Shown here: positions 18,060 to 26,500 of the stretch, piece after piece | Position numbering within the stretch: position 1 is the stretch's first letter | Layout: each line of letters starts with the position of its first letter | NCBI GenBank assembly: GCA_028702025.1 | Contig: JAQVPR010000001.1 | Coordinates: 1 to 63,247 of the forward strand | Length of the DNA: 63,247 nucleotides | Direction of reading: 5' to 3' | Source: Candidatus Cloacimonadota bacterium | GTDB lineage: Bacteria; Cloacimonadota; Cloacimonadia; Cloacimonadales; WRIO01 | Made by a program: the position numbers and the translations under genes | The notes under the pieces: generated by a model | The model's database searches: none | Told to the model about the DNA's origin: nothing | What the model saw: the letters and a program-made list of their open reading frames with translations, nothing else

Positions 18060-18918
18060 TGGTTTGTCTCCTTCTTGTTGAGGTAATGTAACTCCAGAAA
18101 TTTTGTTTACTTATTAATTTCTGGGCTTTTATGCAAGTATTTGGGTCATTAAAAAACGCAATCATAGTAGCGCCGCTACCGGATAATATTGCATTTTTTG
18201 CTCCCAAATCTTTTAATAAATTTAATGTTTGTCTGATGGTAGGATATTTTTTTGATATTCCTTCCTCCAGCTTATTAAAACAAAATACAGGATTTTGTGT
18301 TTTTAATAATTGTGATAAATTACTATTATGTTTATTGATTTGTGCCAAATCGTAAGCTTCTTTGCTTGAAATAGGGAAATTTGGGTTTATAAGTAAAATA
18401 TTTTCTATATAAATATCATTTAGTTTGGTTATTTTTTCTCCTCTATTTTCACCTAAAGCTGTAAATCCTTCAAGAAAAAAATTTATATCACTGCCAAATT
18501 TTGAAGCTATTTCGTGCATATCAGTGATTGATAAATTTAAATTCCAAAGCTTAGATAATCCTTTTATTGTTGTAGCTGCATTACTACTGCCACCACCCAA
18601 TCCGGCTGCGATTGGGATATTTTTTTTCAGCTCTATATTTGCACCACATTGAACACTATATCTATCTTTTATAAAGATCCCTACCTTGTAAATCAAGTTA
18701 TCTTGATTATTCAGGTTATCAATATTAGACATAATTTTTAATTCTGCATTATTTGTCAAAGAAAATTTTATTTTATCATATAAATCTACTTCTGTGAAGA
18801 GAGTAGTTATGTCATGATAACCATTTTCTAATTTTTTATTTATATCTAAAAAAAGATTAATTTTTGCGTAAGAGTTTAGCCCAAAGGCTTTTTTTGTTTT
18901 GATTTTTAGATTCTCCAT
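18040..18918 (-). CDS. ispE: 4-diphosphocytidyl-2-C-methyl-D-erythritol kinase
   Basis: YAKINLFLDI, the GHMP motif PIAAGLGGGSSNAA and SGSGATMIAFF. The only in-frame start (18918) overlaps the upstream kinase tail by 62 nt. Confidence 0.85.
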   Translation of the reverse strand: MENLKIKTKKAFGLNSYAKINLFLDINKKLENGYHDITTLFTEVDLYDKIKFSLTNNAELKIMSNIDNLNNQDNLIYKVGIFIKDRYSVQCGANIELKKNIPIAAGLGGGSSNAATTIKGLSKLWNLNLSITDMHEIASKFGSDINFFLEGFTALGENRGEKITKLNDIYIENILLINPNFPISSKEAYDLAQINKHNSNLSQLLKTQNPVFCFNKLEEGISKKYPTIRQTLNLLKDLGAKNAILSGSGATMIAFFNDPNTCIKAQKLISKQNFWSYITSTRRRQTNEHHRR

Positions 18919-21154
18919 AGTAATAATAATAATAGTAATAGTAGTAACTATATCCTCTATAATACCTTTCGTGAACTATTCCGTTAACGATAATACCGGT
19001 TACGTTAATATTAATATTTTCAAGCATAGATTTTGTGCGTTGAATAACTGATTTTTCAGTATTATTTACTCTGATTACGAGTAAAAGCATATCAACTTTT
19101 TTTGCCATAATCATAGCATCTGTAACAGCGATGATAGGAGGCATATCAAAAAGTACATAGTCATATTTTTGTTTAAGTTCGGTAATCATTATATTTGCTC
19201 TATCTGAAGCTATAAGTTCTGAAGGGTTAGGTGGTATAGCTCCGGAGGTTATAATATCTAAATTATCTATTCCTGATGATTTTATTATTGTATTTATGTT
19301 AAAGCTTTCTTCGGATAAGAAATCGCTTGATCCGTTATTTCTTTGTAATTCAAATATATTATGAATCATTGGTCTTCTCAAGTCAAAGTCCACTATGATG
19401 ACTTTTGATTTCATTTGAGCGAGAGTGATTGCAAGGTTTGCTAGAGACGTTGATTTACCTTCACTTGGGCCGGATGATGAAATAATCAGAGCTAGAGGAC
19501 CGGGTTGTTTTTTTGCCATAACATTAGTTCTTAATGTTCTGTAAGATTCTGCAACTGGAGATTTTGGAGCATAATGAGAAATTAAACGAGAAGATATCTT
19601 TTTGCCTTCGGAGTCGTTTTTATTAAGTGAGACTAATTCTTCGCCGGTTTCCATATTAATTTCTTTGGTTTCTTCTGTATCGTTAATTGACATAAAAGGA
19701 ATAGTACCTACAACGGGATATTTGATAAATCTTTCAACATCGTCTAAAGTTCTTATTTTAGTATCGGTAGAATTAATCATCATAGCCGCACCGACACCCA
19801 AACCAATACCAATAACAAAACCAATAAGCAAATTCATTTTCTTTTTTGGTTTGATGGGTATTCTTGGCATAACGGCACGTTCAACAATACGAATGTTACC
19901 CATTTTTGCTTGTTCAGCTACTTTTGCGTCTTCGTATTTTTCAGTTAATAGGCTGTATATTTTTTCATCGATACTGTAATTTCTTTGAAGTCTTGCTAAT
20001 TCTAGTTCTGTATCCGGTAAAATACTCATTTTTTTATCGTAAGAATCTACAATATTTTGATAACTAATGACTTTTGCGTAAGAAAGATTTTCATTTACTT
20101 GAGCTTCGGCTATACGTTGAATTAATTCATTACGATAGTTCAGTAAATCTGTGGAACCTGTTTTAATGTTTAATGTTTTTTTAATTTCTTCATTTAGTTT
20201 AGCTTTAGAATTATCTAGTGTTCGGTTTAATTTAATAATTTCAGGATGATCTTCTGAATATTCATTATTATTGATTAATGTAGTAATTCTAGATTTAGTT
20301 CTAACAACTTCTTGCTGTAGTTGTTCAATATAAGGGGTTGAAAATGTTAAAGAAACATCAGATAAAAGTGTGTCTTGAGTGGCGAGATCTTTTTGTAAAA
20401 AATCTAAATTAATTTGGGCAATTTCATATTCTGCTTGTGCGGCCTGTAAGTTAGCATTTGCTTCGGAAGCTTTTTCTATCATTTGAACTGTTTCTTGAGT
20501 GAGTTGGAAAACGCCGGTTTCAATTTTATAGTTTCTTAAATCTTCTTCAGAATTTTGTAGCCTTCTTGTGATTGCATCTAATTGAGATTCTAAAAATTCT
20601 CTGATATTAGTAAATTCTGCTCTAGCGTTTTGAGTATTTTGTTGCATTAGGGCTTCAGAAAGTGAATTTACAATTATCATAGCTTCAGAAGGGCTTGTTG
20701 ATTCAAAAGACACTGTTAAAATATCAGTTTCTCTTTTTGTTTCTACCTTGACGTTATTAATTATTGAGTTTATTGGGTCAAAAAATTCTTCGTTTTGATT
20801 TTTCATTATTGGGAATAAATCATAATCAGGATATTTTTGAATTAATTGGTAAGCTAAATTAACTACAGGACGACTTTTAATTATTTCGATTGTATTATTT
20901 ATCGAGGTTTTTGATAATCCTTGACTGAAAAGCATAAAATCTTGAGAAGGACTTTTGTCTTCTAATATTACTTTTGAAGAAGCTTCATAAATTTTAGGTG
21001 AATTTAGCGTATATATAATAGTAACAACCATTACGAAAAAGAAGATACCGGTAACTAACCATCTATAGTTTAAGATTATTTTTAAATAATCCATTAAAGA
21101 AATTTCTTGTTCTTGATTATCATTCATTTGATTTGTATTGTAATTGTTTTCCAT
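18857..21154 (-). CDS. Polysaccharide co-polymerase/BY-kinase (Wzc/GumC-like tyrosine autokinase)
   Basis: N-terminal Wzz/chain-length domain with a TM segment and a long coiled coil, then a second TM segment. Walker A SSGPSEGKST, A' VIIVDFDLRRP and B YVLFDMPP. C-terminal Tyr cluster YYRGYSYYYYYYYYYYG. Confidence 0.9.
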   Translation of the reverse strand: MENNYNTNQMNDNQEQEISLMDYLKIILNYRWLVTGIFFFVMVVTIIYTLNSPKIYEASSKVILEDKSPSQDFMLFSQGLSKTSINNTIEIIKSRPVVNLAYQLIQKYPDYDLFPIMKNQNEEFFDPINSIINNVKVETKRETDILTVSFESTSPSEAMIIVNSLSEALMQQNTQNARAEFTNIREFLESQLDAITRRLQNSEEDLRNYKIETGVFQLTQETVQMIEKASEANANLQAAQAEYEIAQINLDFLQKDLATQDTLLSDVSLTFSTPYIEQLQQEVVRTKSRITTLINNNEYSEDHPEIIKLNRTLDNSKAKLNEEIKKTLNIKTGSTDLLNYRNELIQRIAEAQVNENLSYAKVISYQNIVDSYDKKMSILPDTELELARLQRNYSIDEKIYSLLTEKYEDAKVAEQAKMGNIRIVERAVMPRIPIKPKKKMNLLIGFVIGIGLGVGAAMMINSTDTKIRTLDDVERFIKYPVVGTIPFMSINDTEETKEINMETGEELVSLNKNDSEGKKISSRLISHYAPKSPVAESYRTLRTNVMAKKQPGPLALIISSSGPSEGKSTSLANLAITLAQMKSKVIIVDFDLRRPMIHNIFELQRNNGSSDFLSEESFNINTIIKSSGIDNLDIITSGAIPPNPSELIASDRANIMITELKQKYDYVLFDMPPIIAVTDAMIMAKKVDMLLLVIRVNNTEKSVIQRTKSMLENININVTGIIVNGIVHERYYRGYSYYYYYYYYYYGESKNQNKKSLWAKLLRKN

Positions 21155-21167
21155 ATTACCTCTTAAA

Positions 21168-21656
21168 TTAGAAATTCTTTATTGTAACTATTACGCTTAA
21201 TGCAACAGCAATATTTGCTAAGAAACTTGCAATTCTGGCAACAGCAAAAAATGAAGTTCCGGGTATGATGACAGTATCACCGGGCATTAGTTTTGGTATT
21301 AAGTCGGAATTGCCTGTAGAAATATATTTTTTCATATCAACGATTATTATTTTTTCTGAACCGTTTTCAAAACTGCGAACAATTTTTATTGCTTTTAATT
21401 TAGCATCATCTTTAGGCCCACCTGCTAAGGAAATTAAAGTTAATAAATCTGTATCATCAGGCACAATATATAGCCCGGGTTTTTGGATTTGTCCCCATAT
21501 ATATGTATATATTTTTAGTTGATCTTGTTCGTTCATAGTGCCTGAATAGCTAAAGGCAGATGAATTTGTACTTGAAGCAGCAGAACTTGCTGATTGAGCT
21601 AATAAGATATTATTTATTAAAAAAATAATTAATAATAATGTTAAAAATTTCTTCAC
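21168..21656 (-). CDS. Small polysaccharide-export (Wza-like) protein: signal peptide, SLBB domain and C-terminal helix
   Basis: GQIQKPGLYIVPDDTDLLTLISLAGGPKDDAKLKAIKIVR...PGDTVIIPG looks like an SLBB/soluble-ligand-binding beta-grasp domain. Hydrophobic C-terminal helix FFAVARIASFLANIAVALSVIVTI. Located immediately upstream of the Wzc-like gene. Confidence 0.65.
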   Translation of the reverse strand: MKKFLTLLLIIFLINNILLAQSASSAASSTNSSAFSYSGTMNEQDQLKIYTYIWGQIQKPGLYIVPDDTDLLTLISLAGGPKDDAKLKAIKIVRSFENGSEKIIIVDMKKYISTGNSDLIPKLMPGDTVIIPGTSFFAVARIASFLANIAVALSVIVTIKNF

Positions 21657-21720
21657 AAAACCTCCTTGATGAAGCTTAATGGCAATTTAAAATTAAATAT
21701 AAAAGTGTCAAGATGATTTT

Positions 21721-22527
21721 TCATTGTATAATAAATTTCCTTTCTTCCGATTTTGAACCTGAATTATAGTTAAGATTTTCGTCCATAGCTCCTTGAGCAT
21801 CTACTCTCCAGTAATAAGTTCCTGCCGGCAGAGGTTCTCCGGTGTAATTGATATTAAATTCAGAATTTTCTGTAATATTTGATTCATCAAAATGCCACAC
21901 ATATTCTTTATAATTTAAATCCCCATCACTGAATTGATCATTGGTTTTAAGTATTAACACTCTTAATCTTGATATATTTGTGTTGTAAGAAACCCAATTA
22001 AATGAAAGTTGTGAACTGCTTATCAAAGTATCGCCTGGTTCCGGTGACAATAATAATGGTTTGTTAATTAGAGTAAAGTTTACAGTATCAGAGACAGTTG
22101 AGTTGCCTGTCATATCAACAACTTCTATAAAATAATGCCAATTGGTTTGGGTAGCAGGATTAGTTCCTGTGTTTTCTAATCTATCAATGTATTCTTCATT
22201 ATCCCATCTAATTGAGTCAACTTTGACAGGATTTGGATTAAGAGATTCCGGATAGCGATAAATTCTTATTACTGATAGGTCATTATCAATTAAACGAGAC
22301 CATTGAAGTCTTAATCTGTCTCCATCCGGTAATGGAGATAATCCGTTATTGCTGTCATTGATTAAATATCCGTCAATTAATAAATTATCTCCCATATCAC
22401 CAAGATGGGGTATTAATATGGGTTTATTTGGTGGAAGTTTATCAATACTTGTTTTATCGGATGAGGAACATGATATTATGAAAAGTGAAAAAAACAAAGA
22501 ATACATAATAATAGAAAGCTTTTTCAT
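21721..22527 (-). CDS. Lipoprotein, unknown function (beta-rich, Ig/FN3-like by composition)
   Basis: Lipobox FIISC-S. 268 aa. No family recognised. Confidence 0.5.
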   Translation of the reverse strand: MKKLSIIMYSLFFSLFIISCSSSDKTSIDKLPPNKPILIPHLGDMGDNLLIDGYLINDSNNGLSPLPDGDRLRLQWSRLIDNDLSVIRIYRYPESLNPNPVKVDSIRWDNEEYIDRLENTGTNPATQTNWHYFIEVVDMTGNSTVSDTVNFTLINKPLLLSPEPGDTLISSSQLSFNWVSYNTNISRLRVLILKTNDQFSDGDLNYKEYVWHFDESNITENSEFNINYTGEPLPAGTYYWRVDAQGAMDENLNYNSGSKSEERKFIIQ

Positions 22528-22538
22528 ATTTATTCTCC

Positions 22539-23546
22539 TTAAAATTTAAAACCTAAACCTATTCTGTTAGTATTTCCTAAATTATTAGTAAGGAAAGCAT
22601 AATCTAATTTAATATTATACAATTCTATACCAATTCCGGTACTAAAATTTTGATCGTACCAGCCTAATCTTAATTCTGTGAAATTTTTGTATTGCCAGGC
22701 TAAACCAAAGTAGTCAATTTTTTCATAAATAAAATCTTTAGAAAAGGCTAATATTAGTTTTGAATCTAGTGAATTTATGGGTTGAAAGTAAGCTAATCCT
22801 AATTTTGTATTGAAGAGAATTTCATCTTTATGTCTGCTTTCTACATCCCAGGTTAGGGTAGTATTAGAAATATCTTGTAAATTTAAAGACCATGAAATAT
22901 CTCCTAACCATTCAACATCAGTCAATATTCCTAAGTTTGTCTTTGCCATAAATGAAAAATCAAAGCCTGTTCCATCGCCAATATAGCCCATCATTTTTCT
23001 TCGGATATATTTAAAATTTGCTCCTAGATAATAATCAATCGGTAAGTCAAATAAAAACCATCCAAGATCAACTGTTTGTTTGAAATGTTTTGAAAAGGCA
23101 AATTGAAATAAATCATCAGTGCTCTTAAATTTTCCATCAGGTATTGCTGTTAATTGAAATTCTTCAAAGGCAGCTCTTTGATCGATATTAGTTCCTACAA
23201 GATGACTTTCACTGTATATAGGTACATCATCAATTGTTAATCTGGTCCAATTGAATCCAAGAGTAACTTCATTTGGTAAAGGGTAGCACATATTAAAATT
23301 ATCATAGTAAGCTAATCCTTCATATAAAAAAGCTCTCATTAGAGTAAATTCTATTTCTTTTATTTGAGAAATCCCTGATGCATTCCAATATATCGCTGAA
23401 CCATCATCTGCGATTGCTGAATAAGCTCCTCCCATTCCTAATGCTCTTACTCCTGAACCAATAGCCATAAAATCACCTGCATAACGACCTGCTTGTAAGT
23501 TATAGCTCAAGATAATAATACAAACCGTTATCAGAATTTTTTTCAT
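22539..23546 (-). CDS. PorV/PorQ-family-like outer-membrane beta-barrel
   Basis: Signal peptide. The N-terminal motif GSGVRALGMGGAYSAIADDGSAIYWNASGISQ is typical of PorV/PorQ/FadL-like barrels. Alternating beta-strand pattern with a C-terminal ...GLGFKF. Directly downstream of the C25 protein. Confidence 0.55.
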   Translation of the reverse strand: MKKILITVCIIILSYNLQAGRYAGDFMAIGSGVRALGMGGAYSAIADDGSAIYWNASGISQIKEIEFTLMRAFLYEGLAYYDNFNMCYPLPNEVTLGFNWTRLTIDDVPIYSESHLVGTNIDQRAAFEEFQLTAIPDGKFKSTDDLFQFAFSKHFKQTVDLGWFLFDLPIDYYLGANFKYIRRKMMGYIGDGTGFDFSFMAKTNLGILTDVEWLGDISWSLNLQDISNTTLTWDVESRHKDEILFNTKLGLAYFQPINSLDSKLILAFSKDFIYEKIDYFGLAWQYKNFTELRLGWYDQNFSTGIGIELYNIKLDYAFLTNNLGNTNRIGLGFKF

Positions 23547-23565
23547 TTATTATTCCTCATTTCTT

Positions 23566-26500
23566 TTATTTCAATATAGATAATTTATTAGTTTTTATGA
23601 TTTCTTTATTACCTTTATTTGCGATAATTTTATAGAAATACATACCGTTAGCAAGTTCATAACCTTCTTCATCTCTGCAATCCCAGCTATAAACTGTTCT
23701 TGGATATTCGTGATATCCTACAGATACCGGAAGGTTTCTAAAAGTTTTAACTAAGCGACCGCTAACAGTATAAACTTTTAAGGTTACAGTATCGGCATCA
23801 TCGGTAAGAGTATATGTAAATCTTGTTCTACCGGCGTTTACGGGATCTATGGTTCTACTTCTTACCGGATTAGGGTAATTTGCTGTTCTTATTAAATCAA
23901 ATCTGTCGTTTATTTTAAAAGAAAATTGTCTTGAATTGTGATTCCCGTTTACATCTGAACAAGAAATAATTATCGTATAGTCTCCCTTAGGATGAGAAAG
24001 ATGATATTTCATAGGGATATGGTTTGTATGTTCGGGTATAATAGACATTGCAAAATCTTGAGGATTAATGAGTTGACCATTGATGTACATTTCTATTGGA
24101 TGCTCTAAGATATCTATGCCGTTTGCGTCACTAAATAAGAAAGATAGTACGCCTTTACCTGAGATATATCCTCCAACAGTAAATTCTTGACCTTCAACGT
24201 TAACGTCTATTAGAGGTACAGTTGTGTCATAATTTCGTAAGACGGTATAAGTCCCTGTTTTAGTAACGTCACAAATGACTTTTTTATTAACTGTATCTAT
24301 ATAGGATCCACCTTGTTGTATCCATTTTGAGGTATAAGCATCCCATCTAAAAACAGTAAAATTATTTTCAGTTTCTTGTTCTAAGACATCAGAATCTGTT
24401 TTGTGGTAAAAGAAACTTAGTATTATCCTTTTATTCTTGGGTAATGTTCCAAGTGTGTCAATTAAGCCGGAATTATCAAGCAATGATATGTTAAAGGCAG
24501 GAGAGAAGTCATTGTTTATGAGTTTTAGAGTCTGTATGTCAGGTTGATTGTCCGGGTTTAGGGAAGGTGATTTCTCTATGGAGAACCAAACATCTTGTTG
24601 AAATATATTTTCCGGGATGTCTATTTTAAGATTTTTATCTAAGGAATAGATTGAAAATGGATTTAATCCTGCTTTAAAGAAATAATTATCAAGTTGATGA
24701 CTCATTGAATTATTAGTATATGAATATTCTCCAAAATTTTCACCATTATTATTGACTATTGCATTAATTGTTAAATGTTGAATAGTTTGAGGTATGCTAA
24801 CAAAAAGCCATATATTATCCATTATATTGATTGGATTAACTTCAATTTGATTTAATTCTTTAGTCCCGGACTTAAGTGATAAATTAGTAGGTTGCGAGAT
24901 AACATCTCCTGAATTTTGGATTTGAATATTATAACCCGGTTCTCCATTATTTTCTGTTAAAAGCATATTGAGTATAACTAAGTCCGGAGCTGAGATTTTA
25001 AAAGAATAAGTTTCAGAATTTGTTATTGCACTATCATCAGCCCAGTAGATTTTAAAGTGGTAATTAATTATTTGTCCTGCTGCAAACGGTTTAATTCTAT
25101 GGCTGATGTATTGTTCGGCGATATTGTCCCATAACATATCATAAGTATTTTCTGTATAATTCGTGATAGTAGTAAGAGTTAATTTATGGATGTTTTTATT
25201 TGTAAATAATTTGGTTGTAATTTGGATAGAGTCATTTTCAGTAGGTATGTCCGGGATGACATTTGATTCAGTAAAGATGCTATTACCAATTGCAAATTTA
25301 CTATTTACGGAATACACTTGATTAGTTCCTGAAGCAATGATTTTTATATCACGCTTCCCTGAGCCTAAATCATTAGGTATAGTATATTGATTTTGAAATA
25401 TTCCTTGTATTGCAGGAGATTCATAAACAATATTTTGTGCAATTTCATTTTCATTTAGGATATACATTTTTGCTGAATATACGTCAGGTGTAAAATTTGC
25501 ATTAATCGTGAGTGTATCTCCCGGGTTTACTAAGTAATTATCGTTATCTATTGATATTTCTCCGTTTTGTATAATTCTATGATGACCTATCATTGGGTCG
25601 CCTAAAAGAACACATCCTTGTGTAAGTGCAATTCCTGCATAACTATTGCCATATTGTCCAAAAAATTTTGCTTTTGTGTAGGTTGAAATTTCTCCGAATG
25701 ATTTTAGATTTTTATTAAAAAATCCATCAGCTAAATAATTACCAAAATCTTCATCTTGTCTTAAATAGCCTAATCCTGAAAAACCGATATGAGCTATAGC
25801 TCCTTTACCGGGTTCAGCAACAAACACTTCTCCAATGGAAGCTAATCCTCGTGTATCAAATGCTGAAGCAAAACATGCTAAGCTGGAGACAAACGGATAA
25901 TTAGTGTTAGAAAGTGTTTTTACATCATTAGCATTTAAGAGGTTATAGTCTGACCATATACGACCACCACCATGCCCCATAAATTGTAAAAATACAGTAC
26001 CATCGTTAATTTTATCTTTTAATTGGAAAGTGCCACCGGTATATTGAGGAGATACTGTAGATACGGCTGTATAAACTCTATTTACTTGATAATAATCCGG
26101 AATATAATTTGTTCTTATATTTTCATTTTGTTGAGCAAAAGTGTCGGTATAATCTGATATTTTACCTCCTGAGGCGAGTGTAACTTGACTATGCCATTTG
26201 CTATGAAAGTCCGGATTATTAATGTAATGGTGCGTCTTTTCTGCAATAGAAAGGATATGTTCTTCTTCTGTAACACTGATTCTGGAAATGTGAAAATCAG
26301 GTATTGGATCATCTCCGATAATGCATGCATACCAGTTATCTGATGCGGTTGCACCATATTTGTTAGTCCAAATATTATATATAGGAATTATATCATATTT
26401 GTCAATATCAGCTTGATGTTTTTTATCAAAAATCCCGTCACCAAGTAATAAAACGTGAGAAAAACGTGGTTCAGTCCAATTATTATAAGCATAAGAAAAG

